A DNA stretch of 64,000 nt from Bdellovibrionales bacterium (GTDB lineage: Bacteria; Bdellovibrionota; Bdellovibrionia; Bdellovibrionales; UBA1609), in the NCBI GenBank assembly GCA_050246815.1, contig JBFWVI010000006.1, positions 26,069 to 90,068 on the forward strand. The letters run 5' to 3'. This document shows, in pieces, positions 12,146 to 23,000 of the stretch (its first letter is position 1; each line of letters begins with the position of its first letter). Below the pieces are notes generated by a model that was given only the letters and a program-made list of their open reading frames with translations, did not search any database and had not been told where the DNA came from. The position numbers and the translations under genes were made by a program.

Positions 12146-13525
12146 CTAAGACTTGGCCAATTTGTCCATTAACCGCTCGCCCAACTTCACCACATCACCG
12201 GCGCCCAAGGTCACGACCACATCGCCCTCTTGCAGAAAAGTCGCCACCTGGTTCAACTCAGGGTCTTCTTGACGCGAAATGTATTGGCAATGAGTGTGGT
12301 CCATTTCACTGGCCAGGCGGACACTCGTGATGTCTTGGATTGGTTTTTCACCTGCGGGGTAGATGTCTAATAAAAAAAGCTGATCCGCACGCTTAAAGCA
12401 CGTGCGAAACTGCTCCCAGCAGATTTGGGTGCGACTATAGCGGTGGGGCTGAAAGATCACCACCACTCGCTGCTCGGGAAAACGTTCTTTAAAGCCTGAA
12501 AGCACGGCCTCAACTTCGGTGGGGTGGTGACCATAATCATCGTAAAATTCAATGCCACGAATCTTGGCTTTATGCTGAAACCGTCGATCAACACCCTTGA
12601 ATTGCGCGACTCCGGCGCAGGCCACAGACATTTCAAGGCCTGCGGCTCGTGACGCCAGAATAGCCGCGCACGCATTCAAGGCATTATGCCTTCCCGGCAG
12701 GGGCAATTCAAATTGGCCGATGACCGCCCCAATTTCCCACATCTGATAACGACCAGGACCTGCGGGGTCCACCTTCAAAACCACGTCATTGTCGGACTTT
12801 TCACCATAAAAAATGATTTTCTTCGGAAAATCCCGAAACAGTGTTTTGGTTTTGGCGTCGTCACCGCAGACAATCGCAGCACCATAGAATGGAATTTGTT
12901 GGGCAAAATCGACAAAGGCCTCTTGCAGGCGCTTAAAATCGCCGTAGTGATCTAAATGATCGTTGTCTATGTTGGTGATAATCACCACTTCCGGCGCCAA
13001 ACGCAAAAAACTACCATCGCTTTCATCGGCCTCGGCGATCAACCAATCGCCCTGCCCCAATTGGGCTGTGGATTTGATGACATCAAGACGCCCGCCCACC
13101 ACAATGGTCGGATCTTGTTGCGCAGCCAAAAAAATCGAAGCGGTCAAACTGGTGGTGGTGGTTTTACCATGAGTGCCAGCCACTGCGATTCCACGCTTCA
13201 AGCGCATGATCTCAGCCAAAGCTTCAGCACGACGAATCAGGGGCACCTGCCGCTTTCTGGCTTCCACGTACTCAGCATTGTCAGGCTTCACCGCACTTGA
13301 ATACACTACCACTTCGGCCAAAGCCAGATTGTCGGCATGATGCCCTTTGTAGACCGGGATTCCCAAACTTTCCAAACGCTGAGTTTGCAGATTTTCACCC
13401 ACATCGCTGCCGGTGACCGAGGCCCCCATATTGTGCAGCAGTTCCGCCAAACCGCACATGCCAATGCCGCCGATACCGATAAAGTGGACTTTGGCTTGAG
13501 CTAAACGAAAATTCGCTTGTGTCAT
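12146..13525 (-). CDS. murC: UDP-N-acetylmuramate--L-alanine ligase
   Basis: HFIGIGGIGM, GTHGKTTTT, EADESDGSF, DDYGHHPTE, FQPHRYSRT. Confidence 0.97.
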   Translation of the reverse strand: MTQANFRLAQAKVHFIGIGGIGMCGLAELLHNMGASVTGSDVGENLQTQRLESLGIPVYKGHHADNLALAEVVVYSSAVKPDNAEYVEARKRQVPLIRRAEALAEIMRLKRGIAVAGTHGKTTTTSLTASIFLAAQQDPTIVVGGRLDVIKSTAQLGQGDWLIAEADESDGSFLRLAPEVVIITNIDNDHLDHYGDFKRLQEAFVDFAQQIPFYGAAIVCGDDAKTKTLFRDFPKKIIFYGEKSDNDVVLKVDPAGPGRYQMWEIGAVIGQFELPLPGRHNALNACAAILASRAAGLEMSVACAGVAQFKGVDRRFQHKAKIRGIEFYDDYGHHPTEVEAVLSGFKERFPEQRVVVIFQPHRYSRTQICWEQFRTCFKRADQLFLLDIYPAGEKPIQDITSVRLASEMDHTHCQYISRQEDPELNQVATFLQEGDVVVTLGAGDVVKLGERLMDKLAKS

Positions 13526-14622
13526 GAACGAACCGCCTCCAACAGGTGCTGCGCGATCTCTTGATCGGCATGCGGCCGATGGAATTGTCGAATATTTACC
13601 GACAGCCGGTCAATGATTTGTCGGTCTGTTTTAAAGCGGACAATCAGTTGCTCAAAACGATCTGGAGTGAAATCCCGCTGCAACACCATCAGCGCGGCCT
13701 CTTTGTGCAACAGAGCTTCCGCATTGCGCTGCTGGTGATTGTCCGCCGCCGTCGGCAAAGGGATCAACACGGCGGCCTTGCCGCAGGCCGCAAGCTCGGA
13801 CACAGTTCCCGTGCCCGAGCGCGCAATGATCACGTCAGCCCACGCGTAACGACGATCCATGTCGTGCAAATACTCTTTCACTTCCACTTTGGCTTGGCTT
13901 TCTCGGTACAAAGCGGCAACTCGCTCATAATCTGCGGGTCCGGTTTGATGGACAAACTCCACGTTCTCAAGCCAAGCGCCTCCATGGGCAATGGTGGTGG
14001 CCACCACTTGGTTGATGGCCCGCGCGCCCTGGCTTCCACCAAAAATTAAAACCCGCAAAGCGGCTGGAGCGGCCGAAGTCGGTGTGGGACTTTGCCCGAC
14101 GGCCTCAATGGCAGCGCGAACCGGCATGCCGACCTTAAAGATTCGTTTCGAGTTCAAGCCCTTGGCCGCTTCGTCGAAAACCACCAAACATTCGGCTACA
14201 AAAGGCGCCAGCCAACGATTGGCCATACCAGGATGGGCATTGGGCTCCCACAAAAATGATTGACGACGCAAAAGTGCTGCCGCCAAGACCACCGGGCCAG
14301 TTACATATCCACCCACACCCAAAACCAAAACAGGCTTCATGCGAAACACCAGCCAGGCTGCGCGTAAAAGTCCCCACGGCAAAAGCAAAAGGGTTTTGAA
14401 ACGCTCACCAAATCGGGTGTTGCGATTGAGTTTGCCCACGGGCACATGATGCAAAATAAAACCGTCTCGTGGGACCAATTGATTTTCTAAACCCGTGCGT
14501 GTTCCCACAAACTCGACGCGCAGGCCTGGGCGCTGGGCAATCAGCGCGTGGGCGATGGCCAGGGCCGGATAAATGTGTCCCCCAGTTCCGCCCGCGGCAA
14601 TCAAGACGACCTGTGATCTCAC
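13522..14622 (-). CDS. murG: undecaprenyldiphospho-muramoylpentapeptide GlcNAc transferase
   Basis: AGGTGGHIYP, GGY, EPNAHPG, GGSQGA, HQQRNA. Confidence 0.97.
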   Translation of the reverse strand: MRSQVVLIAAGGTGGHIYPALAIAHALIAQRPGLRVEFVGTRTGLENQLVPRDGFILHHVPVGKLNRNTRFGERFKTLLLLPWGLLRAAWLVFRMKPVLVLGVGGYVTGPVVLAAALLRRQSFLWEPNAHPGMANRWLAPFVAECLVVFDEAAKGLNSKRIFKVGMPVRAAIEAVGQSPTPTSAAPAALRVLIFGGSQGARAINQVVATTIAHGGAWLENVEFVHQTGPADYERVAALYRESQAKVEVKEYLHDMDRRYAWADVIIARSGTGTVSELAACGKAAVLIPLPTAADNHQQRNAEALLHKEAALMVLQRDFTPDRFEQLIVRFKTDRQIIDRLSVNIRQFHRPHADQEIAQHLLEAVRS

Positions 14623-15785
14623 CAGCGCTTTGCCTCTCGAGTTTTTACTTCGGCCCGCGCATCACGACGGCCACGCAAGCTGGCGCGCTGCAGATGCCGC
14701 TCTAAACTCAAAAGCCAGCCGCAGGCCAAACCCGTACAAAGCAGTGAGCTGCCGCCGTAACTTAAAAAGGGCAAGGTCAAACCTTTGGTGGGCAGCATTC
14801 CCGTCACTACACCCACGTTGACAAAAACTGAAAGTGCCAAGGTCATGGTGATGCCGGTGGCAATCAATCGATCACGATCGTTTTCGGCCCGCATGGCAAT
14901 TTGCAGGCCGCGAAACACCAAAAATCCATAGATCAACAGCACCAACACGAAGCCTCCGTAACCGGCCTCCTCACCCAACACAGCCAAGGTGAAATCCGTA
15001 TGGGCCTCAGGCAAGAAAAAGAGTTTGCCTTGGCCATGGCCAAGTCCCACCCCAGAAAGCCCCCCTGAATAAAAGCTCAGCATGCTTTGGATCACTTGAA
15101 AGCCCTTTTCTGTCGGGTCAGCCCACGGGTCTATAAAGGCCTGAATTCGGGCCATTCGATAAGGAACATTGATAATCAAAAAATAGGCGCTGACGGCCAG
15201 ACTTCCCACACCTAACGCCACATAACGCCAGCGCAGTCCATTGATAAAAACCAACATCATCGCCACCGAAGCACAAATCGCAAAGCTGCCGAAGTCCGGC
15301 TGCTGCAACATCAACAGCATGGGCGTGCCAAGCAACAAGGTTCTTAGCGGCCACTCCCAAATGCCAAAACGCCGCTTGTGATTGGTCAAGGCCCAGGCCA
15401 TTAAAAATGGATACGTGACTCGCAACAGTTCGGCGGGTTCAAAGCGCTGCCCGAAGGGCAACTGAATCCAGCGATGCGCACCGCCTGCGCGAATGGCAAC
15501 GCTTGGAACAAAGGTGGCCGCCACACCAAGCAAGGCCAACACCCAAAAAATCATCGCCATACGCTGAGCCCAAACCCAAGGAAGACGCATCGTCCAAAAC
15601 AACACGCCCATGGTGGCAACGGCAAAAAACAATTGTTTGCGAAAGAAGAACAACCCGTCGTCATAGGTCTCAATGGCGTACATGTAACTTGAACTATAGA
15701 CCTGCACCAGGCCAAGGCCGATCAAAAATAAAACTGCCACCAAAAGGCTTTTATCGAAGTTGCGATCCATAAGAAGTAAAAACAT
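14619..15785 (-). CDS. ftsW: SEDS peptidoglycan glycosyltransferase FtsW
   Basis: Multi-TM protein with QPDFGS, LPEAHTDF, EEAG and PTKGLTLPFLSYGGSS; directly upstream of murG. Start is 15785 or 15770. Confidence 0.95.
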   Translation of the reverse strand: MFLLLMDRNFDKSLLVAVLFLIGLGLVQVYSSSYMYAIETYDDGLFFFRKQLFFAVATMGVLFWTMRLPWVWAQRMAMIFWVLALLGVAATFVPSVAIRAGGAHRWIQLPFGQRFEPAELLRVTYPFLMAWALTNHKRRFGIWEWPLRTLLLGTPMLLMLQQPDFGSFAICASVAMMLVFINGLRWRYVALGVGSLAVSAYFLIINVPYRMARIQAFIDPWADPTEKGFQVIQSMLSFYSGGLSGVGLGHGQGKLFFLPEAHTDFTLAVLGEEAGYGGFVLVLLIYGFLVFRGLQIAMRAENDRDRLIATGITMTLALSVFVNVGVVTGMLPTKGLTLPFLSYGGSSLLCTGLACGWLLSLERHLQRASLRGRRDARAEVKTREAKRW

Positions 15786-15852
15786 ATTAACATAGGCGGA
15801 TGGCGGCCCGAAGCGGGATTGTGTGGCTTTCTGCACCCCGACTTTGGGCGGG

Positions 15853-18800
15853 CTAGCGAGCCAAACGGAATTCGTCGCAGCCTTGATTGGTGAAACAATA
15901 ATCGGTCGAACGGTGGAAGATGTTCACCTGTCGATTCAGATCCGTCAATAAAGAGGGCGTGATCAAGGTCCTTACACGCTCTTCTATGCTGATATCCATA
16001 AAGGGACGCTGTCCTTCAGGCAAACGCTCCACGCGACTTAAGTGATCCGAAAGTTTTCTTTCAAAATTACCCATTCGGCCAATCTCGTCTTGGATAAAAC
16101 CAGTGACGGCTTTGTCCATAGTCTGGTCCAAAATGGGCGAAATCGGGATCAAAAACAAACGCCGTGCCTCTTGTCCCCGAATTTGCTTGTACAGTTGGCC
16201 CAAACGCAAATAGCTAAAGTGCTTATACCCCTCCATGCGCGCAAAAGCCGCCATGAAAGTGTCTTTTCCGGACATCCCGGCTAGCTCTTGCAAAACTGAA
16301 TCCGCCCCCAAAAGCGGTTTGCTTGCGTAGCGAATAGGCAAATCGTAAAGGCCCCAAACACTTATTAGCTGCTCATTGATAATGTCGTAATCCACCATTT
16401 TGCGTGACAACATGATGTTATCGATTTTGTGGGGCAGCCCCGCCATCTTCATCAAACGCCGTTCTTCGCCGTCAATTCGCATGCCCACCAACATCTGCTC
16501 ATGTATGTGAATAATTTCTTGCGCCGACACCAACTCTTTCTCAGAAGCACAATTCATCGGCGGGCGACAAACATCCTCGATCACTTTTTGATCGCCCAAA
16601 CGATACAAAATGGTGGCCGCATGCAGCCGACTTTCAGCATTGGTTAAACGCGAAGAACCCATGGTGTGCCAGGCCAAAATGTTGCCGTAGTTGATCAAGT
16701 TGATCATACCTTGCGCGACAAACTCGTCTTCATTTTCCAAGAAGGGCAAAAACGGCCGCTCTGTTTTATCCAGACTGCCGACCAATTCGTTCTCGATATT
16801 CAATTGCCCACCGTAATTGACAATCATGCGCGGCGCGATCGGCGGCAAAGTTTTGCCGGCTAAAGTCGTGCCTTTTGTCAGGTTTTGGGCGATGCGCAAA
16901 AGCACATCGACCTGATTGTAGCGATAACCGCCCTTTGAAAATTCATCCAAGCCCGTAAAGCCGCTGGGAAGCCCTTTAAAACCGTACTCTTGCTTTAGCT
17001 GTGCTTGAGTCACTTCGCCCGCGCGCAAACGCTTAAGCTCTTTGTGGACCTGCCTCAGATAGGCCTCTTCTCTTAACAGCAGTTCCACGCGAACCTTTTC
17101 ATCCGCGTGATAAAGATTCATGTAACAGTGCCCAACAGTCCGGAAAGTGCCTAGTCCCAAACGGAAAAAGTTGACTCGCAGATTATGAAGCTTGTCTAAA
17201 ACGGCTTTCGAACGTTTAAGTCTTTGGTCAATTCCTGTTGCTCCCGAACGTTCAAGATATTGCTGATATGACGAAACCAACCCATCCAGCCAGCGCTGCA
17301 CATTGCCTAAATCCAAACGGACTTCTTCGGCAATTGTGTTAAAACCATTGTCATCAAACAACATCAGACTTTGAATATGCTTTTCAACATCGCCTTCCTT
17401 TTTCGATTTGGTGCTATCCTGACTTTTTGAAGAGACCGCCTCAAAAATTGAGCCCTGCAGCCCTCCGTACAAGGGACTCAGCCGTAGATCACGCAGATTG
17501 ACCGTTGTGCTGATCGAGCCGCCATCCACCTGTGAACAAAGGCGCTTGAACTGGTAAAAGTGCGGCCCCGCCGTCCTTTGCACCAGCAGCAGACGATACT
17601 TATTCACCTCATAAGTGCTACGCGACAAAAGCTTTTCCGCGATTTCGGCGACAAATTCATCGGGATTGACCTTAAATTTCTCAAAAACACCTGTGCGCAG
17701 AGCAAAATCAAAAGAATAGAGAAGCTCAACAAAACTAAGTGCGGAACGATCCAACGAGTAATTGAACCAAGCTTTATACTGCCCCAAAAAAAGCTTTTCG
17801 ATCAGGTTCGAAGAATCGATTTCGAGGGTGTACCAACCACGATCGATGGTGGCCTTGCCATTGCGCTTTGCCAGGTAATAGGTCAAGGCCATCATTTGCG
17901 GAAAGACAGCCATAAACTTGATGTTTTTATGTACCCCACCAAAGTATTGACGAGTCTGATCCGCCAGTGCTTCAGACCCGCGCTGCTGTCGAATCAATTT
18001 GACGGTCAAATTCAGCAAAGAGGTCAGCCGCGAAGTGAAGCCATCCCAGATCGGCTGAGCTTCATTGGCCGCCCATATCGCGTGAAAGAAAAAATTTGGA
18101 CCTGCCACATCTTGCTTAAAGAATTGCTTTTGTGCCAAATCGTTCGAAGCCGCCAAAGCTTCCAAGAAACGCAATAAATAAATTTGTCTGGCCTTTTGGG
18201 CGACGACTTGTGGGCTGATATCGTTTGCCGCAATCAATTGCAAAGCTTGATTGTTAGTCAACTGCCCCAAAAACGCCTGATCAAGCAACTGCAGGGTCAA
18301 ATCCCACTCACGGATGGGCTGTACTCCAAGCTGGTCCAACATGGAATGATGTTCTTTTTGCAGACGATTTTGCACCTCACGTAAACTATTCCCGCTGGCA
18401 AAATACTGGGCAACACGTTCTTGGCTTTGCTCTGTCGTTCCGACTTTAGAAAGTCCACCGACTTTCGCCAAGACACCAATCAAAGCATCTGAACTGTAGC
18501 CCAAATCATCCATCCGTTTACGGCTGGTTTCATTGAGCAAATCCAAGTGCTGCACGACAGCCTGCAATTCTGCTTTATTACCACGACGAATCAACTGCTG
18601 GGTCAAGGTGGTCAGCATATGCGAAAAATCCCGCGCCTTTTGTTCATCTTGCATAAGCAAAATTTCAAGATACTTTTGCGCCGGTTTGAGCATTAAAGTG
18701 GCCAGCTCAGAATCATAAAGGCTGCCCTTTAGGGTGTAGGCCAATTGCAACAAACGATAATAGCGGGGCAGATCATCTTGGTGACGCAAGGCCAGCTGCT

Positions 18801-19221
18801 GTGCCACAAATGCAGAATTTTTGGCCAAATTAAAAAAAGTCAGATGCTGGCAGCGGCTCATTGTTTCACCGCAGCCATAGGTCAGCATGATTTCATAATG
18901 TTCCAAAATTTTAACTGTCGCGGGGTCAACCGTTTTTGAACGCGCCGCCTTCAGAATTTCTTCATTTAAGCGCCACAATTTTTGCTGCGTTTGCGGTTGA
19001 CCCAACACTTTGGGTGACTGAATCACTTCCGCGCGCAACAGCTCTTGGGTTAGACTTTGTAAGCTGAGCGCTTCAATGTCAGTCGTGACCTCTGCGGCAC
19101 GGCTTTCCGCAGGAACCAACGCCGTCGCCGCGGCAGGTTCATGCCTGCGCACAGGCTTGCCGCGCTCGACACAGCCGATTAAAAGGCCAAATAAAATGAT
19201 GAAGCTCAACGTGCGACGCAT
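15853..19221 (-). CDS. large hypothetical lipoprotein (1122 aa), paralog of 20068-23643
   Basis: Lipoprotein signal MRRTLSFIILFGLLIG-C; largely helical-looking; many collinear blocks shared with the upstream 1191-aa lipoprotein. Confidence 0.85.
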   Translation of the reverse strand: MRRTLSFIILFGLLIGCVERGKPVRRHEPAAATALVPAESRAAEVTTDIEALSLQSLTQELLRAEVIQSPKVLGQPQTQQKLWRLNEEILKAARSKTVDPATVKILEHYEIMLTYGCGETMSRCQHLTFFNLAKNSAFVAQQLALRHQDDLPRYYRLLQLAYTLKGSLYDSELATLMLKPAQKYLEILLMQDEQKARDFSHMLTTLTQQLIRRGNKAELQAVVQHLDLLNETSRKRMDDLGYSSDALIGVLAKVGGLSKVGTTEQSQERVAQYFASGNSLREVQNRLQKEHHSMLDQLGVQPIREWDLTLQLLDQAFLGQLTNNQALQLIAANDISPQVVAQKARQIYLLRFLEALAASNDLAQKQFFKQDVAGPNFFFHAIWAANEAQPIWDGFTSRLTSLLNLTVKLIRQQRGSEALADQTRQYFGGVHKNIKFMAVFPQMMALTYYLAKRNGKATIDRGWYTLEIDSSNLIEKLFLGQYKAWFNYSLDRSALSFVELLYSFDFALRTGVFEKFKVNPDEFVAEIAEKLLSRSTYEVNKYRLLLVQRTAGPHFYQFKRLCSQVDGGSISTTVNLRDLRLSPLYGGLQGSIFEAVSSKSQDSTKSKKEGDVEKHIQSLMLFDDNGFNTIAEEVRLDLGNVQRWLDGLVSSYQQYLERSGATGIDQRLKRSKAVLDKLHNLRVNFFRLGLGTFRTVGHCYMNLYHADEKVRVELLLREEAYLRQVHKELKRLRAGEVTQAQLKQEYGFKGLPSGFTGLDEFSKGGYRYNQVDVLLRIAQNLTKGTTLAGKTLPPIAPRMIVNYGGQLNIENELVGSLDKTERPFLPFLENEDEFVAQGMINLINYGNILAWHTMGSSRLTNAESRLHAATILYRLGDQKVIEDVCRPPMNCASEKELVSAQEIIHIHEQMLVGMRIDGEERRLMKMAGLPHKIDNIMLSRKMVDYDIINEQLISVWGLYDLPIRYASKPLLGADSVLQELAGMSGKDTFMAAFARMEGYKHFSYLRLGQLYKQIRGQEARRLFLIPISPILDQTMDKAVTGFIQDEIGRMGNFERKLSDHLSRVERLPEGQRPFMDISIEERVRTLITPSLLTDLNRQVNIFHRSTDYCFTNQGCDEFRLAR

Positions 19222-19230
19222 GCTCTTCCT

Positions 19231-20064
19231 TTAAAACTGGTAAGCCGCCGAAAATGAAACGATTCGGCGGTACTGATCGATGTACCACAGCGAAACCCGT
19301 CCATCTTCGGTGTAGCCACCATTGCCGGTGGATAAACTCATGCTCCATGCTTCGCCCAAAACACTTAGGCTGGCGGTGTTGGAGTACGAGTAATCCCAAA
19401 AACCATCCAAATAGCGGGTTTGTTTTAAACCAAAACCCGCGCTCAAACTAAAATGCGAACCCAACTTCAAAGTATTGCCCCAGCTGTAGGTAACTGAGGT
19501 TCCCGGATTTGCGGCGCCACCGCTCGAATAATCATAGCTGTTCAACAACTCCGACAACGCCAGCGAGTGAGTCATCGAAAAACGATCGTCGAAAAAATTC
19601 CAAGTGCCGCCGCCGCTCATCGACAACAATCCAAGATAACCTCCGCGGCGACTGGCGGTGTCCATCAATGCCGTGCCGCCAGCGTTGATAAACCAAGGGC
19701 TAAAATCACCGGGATTGTAACTCAAGTTCAAACTCGGGTTGACACCGGTCGACTCCAAAGCGGAGTCTTCTTGCTTTTTGTCAATCTGCCCATCGACGGT
19801 TGTGAAGTTCGCCGATAAACCCATGGACAAGTTCCATCTGGGGTTGATCACATAACCAATATCCACGCTTAAGCCCTGATAATAAAGGCGAGGCATCGAT
19901 CGGTCCGCCAAATCCGTCGAAACACCATAGCTTGTGCCAAACGACCAAGAACTGACCTTGGGTGCGTCCACCTTGACCACAGACTTGGGTGTTTTAGCAG
20001 ATGCGGCCAACGCGTTGGCCTGCAAGCCGCCGATCAGAATAAGAATTAGCACACGGGCATTCAT
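19231..20064 (-). CDS. putative outer-membrane beta-barrel protein (277 aa)
   Basis: Sec signal (ANA-LA), alternating amphipathic strands rich in S/G/Y/W, C-terminal beta-signal IVSFSAAYQF. Confidence 0.78.
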   Translation of the reverse strand: MNARVLILILIGGLQANALAASAKTPKSVVKVDAPKVSSWSFGTSYGVSTDLADRSMPRLYYQGLSVDIGYVINPRWNLSMGLSANFTTVDGQIDKKQEDSALESTGVNPSLNLSYNPGDFSPWFINAGGTALMDTASRRGGYLGLLSMSGGGTWNFFDDRFSMTHSLALSELLNSYDYSSGGAANPGTSVTYSWGNTLKLGSHFSLSAGFGLKQTRYLDGFWDYSYSNTASLSVLGEAWSMSLSTGNGGYTEDGRVSLWYIDQYRRIVSFSAAYQF

Positions 20065-20067
20065 GGT

Positions 20068-23000
20068 TTAGAAAGCCTCCGCCGCGTTCTTTGTTTTAAT
20101 CAAAGCCTGCCCACGACGTGACAAATAATCGGTGTTGAACTTGTTGCCCGTCTTGTGCGTGAAGTTGTTGTGACTGGCCGCCAAATTGCCCAGCATCAAA
20201 TTGTCCACAACACCCAAAGGCTCTAATCCTTTTGAGCTTTCAATATCCACAACGCGAGCATTTTCATCCAAACGCACTCGGGTTTTGAACAAATCCCGAA
20301 AGGATGGATCCCTTTCAAATTCAGGAGCCTTGGCAAAAAACTCAAACAGGCGGGCTAAAATACGATTGATCGGCTTGCCATAAACGGAATATAGAGTGCT
20401 CTGAAATTCCGGTCCAGGATCAAAAATAATCACACCTTCATTGTTCAAAGTGTTAAACAAGGTGTGCCCGCCCGATAAAAGGCCCCTTAATCCACCACTT
20501 AAACCGGCGCGCTCGTACAATCGCATCATCAGGCTGCGCAGCAGGGGTTGGGCCCGCATCGTGACGGGCTCAAGTAGAAATCCTTCTAAACTTTCCACTT
20601 TCATCCGTCCATCTAGACCCATGATGGTGGCGTTTTCGACATCAAAGTCATTCAGGTTCACCAGCTGCACGATGTCTTTGAAAATATTGGCCAGCTCGCC
20701 CGCACTGATACTTTGCGGCTTGTCGCCCTCGACGGAAATCTGCCCCATCAAGTACAGATCCACCGATGTATCCAGATAATCTTTAAAGGCACTCAATTGT
20801 GCGCCTTGCCCCTGCCACTCGGCATAGGACGCGCCGGATTGCCCGCTGAAATGCTTCAAGCCCTGCCGGATGAAGTCTTCCTTATTTGGCATGTACTGAA
20901 TCACCTCGGCTGGACTTTTCACCGACAGGTCCATGCGCTCTAACCCGTTGGGCACCAGCACCCGCACAGAGCGAGGGCGAACCAATCGAACCAACTCGGG
21001 GCCGTACACTTGGCGTTCTCGGTCCGTAACTTGGGTGAAAATATCCCCTTCGACGCGCTTTTTCACTCGCATAAAAAAGTCGTACTGGGACATGCTGTAG
21101 CCTTCTAATCGCAGATGATCAAATTTGACGGCCCTGTCAGAGAAGTGCTCTTTGTTGAGCTGCTGCAAGCGGGCGCTCTGCCCCGCCACACCTTTAACGT
21201 CATGCACGCTTTTCAACATGTCATGAATGCGGCCCAGATGGGCGCGTTCTTCTTGCACCAGGCGATACGAACGCATCATCTCCACCTTGTAGAGTTGTTT
21301 GGTGCATTCGAACATGCTTTTTCTATACTTCATGTATGTGGTAAAAAAGCGCCGTTCACGCGACTCCACTTCACGAACGATATTGCGAATATTTTCCAGA
21401 TCGGGATGAGCCTCATCACGGCTCTTGATCTCACCAGTTGCCAGCATGTGGTTTTCGAGCAGGGCGATGATCGCCCGCACAAAGGTCAACTTCGGCTCAA
21501 CATCATCAAAGATCGTGGCAACCGTTTGCTGTGATTCTTTGCTGTAGACTTTTTTGAGCAAATCAAAATACTTGTTGTCACCCATGCCCACGTAGGTGAA
21601 CTTGCCCAAATCCAAGAGTTCAACCTCTGTCGTGGGGGCTGCGGGAACCGAGCCAAGAGGCGCCAGCTCATAGCGACAGATATTCACCAATGCGTTGAAG
21701 GACGCATGCCCCAAGACATTGCGCTCGTACTCCATGTACTTGTCTTCCAAGAAGCGCCGTTGACCCTGTAGATATTTGCCCAAGGTCAGTTCAAAAAATT
21801 TGGCACGGTCGGATTGTCCAGAGATCTTCTCGTCGACGGTGAAGGTCTCAAGCGCTTGAGTCTTCAACGCGTAATGAAAGGCGTAAAAAAGACGCTCTCG
21901 CTCTAAACGCACGATGTCCGAAGTGAAGCGGAACCAAAGGTCTTGAGTGTTGTACAGCCCATCAAAAAGATCGCTCACCACGGTTTCAGCCTGAATAGTG
22001 AACTCGGCTCCCCACCATGACTTTTCTTTGACAGTGCCTTTGTTTTTGGCCAAAAAGTACGTCATGCCGATCATGTTGGGGTAAACAGAAATGTAATGGA
22101 CGTTTCGGCTGAAGCTTTTCATCAGCGCACTGGTGTCAGTGAACTCTTGGGGGATCACCGCGCGACGTTTAAAATAGGAGCTCACAAATTTATCCAGCAA
22201 GTCCAACTTGCTTTGAGTTTTCATCCAACGCGTCGACAAATCGCGACTTACCATAATAGCTTCAGAAAAGATCGCACCGCTGGGGATCGACTTCGACTGG
22301 TAAATTCCCATCATAAAATCGATTGTTTCGATGGTGAGATGGGCCAATTGCACGCGCATGTAGGTCCGCAGTGTCGAAAGCAATTCGGTTTGGGCGCGGC
22401 TAGCATCCGTTCGCTCCAAGATGCTCATCGCCTCACCTGAGCTTAAATGTTCATTGAACAGTCGATCCAAAATAAAAAAGTACTCATTGTAAAAACTCGA
22501 CTCAACGTTTTTGAGTCGGTTGAGATCTCCGGCCATCCCCAAGTTTGAAAGAATATCGGCCCCGTTCATATGAGAGCGCCCATGCAGCTTGTTGACGATC
22601 TCGTTAAAAGAAGGAAAATCCTTGTCGCTTTCGTTTTGTGACTCTTTGATCGCGAGAAGCATGGAATCCGAAAGCTTGAACTGCGTCGCATCCTTGTATA
22701 AGCAGCACTGGGTTGCCAGATTCAACATGGCCTTTGAGCCATGTCGAAAGGTGTCGCTACGGCGGCTTGAAAAAGTCCACGGTACAAAGTTTTCGATGAA
22801 CTCACGGATCTCTTTGCTATTCACGTCTTTGGGCTTAAAGCGACTGATGAGCAATTCAAACATTGAGGTGTAAGTTTCACTCATATAACCGATGTCACCA
22901 CCCTGAAGCACCAAATAATCCAGCAAGCGGATGTACTTCATGAAAGCAAAAGACATCTCGGAATCGTTGAGTAGCGTGTTTTTAACCGTGTAGGCCATGG

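Noticed and set aside
15815..15852. GTGTGGCT 8-mer shared with the REP-like arm, as a possible attachment site or target duplication for the 18-kb insertion
   Set aside because: Too short, no internal palindrome, and could arise by chance.
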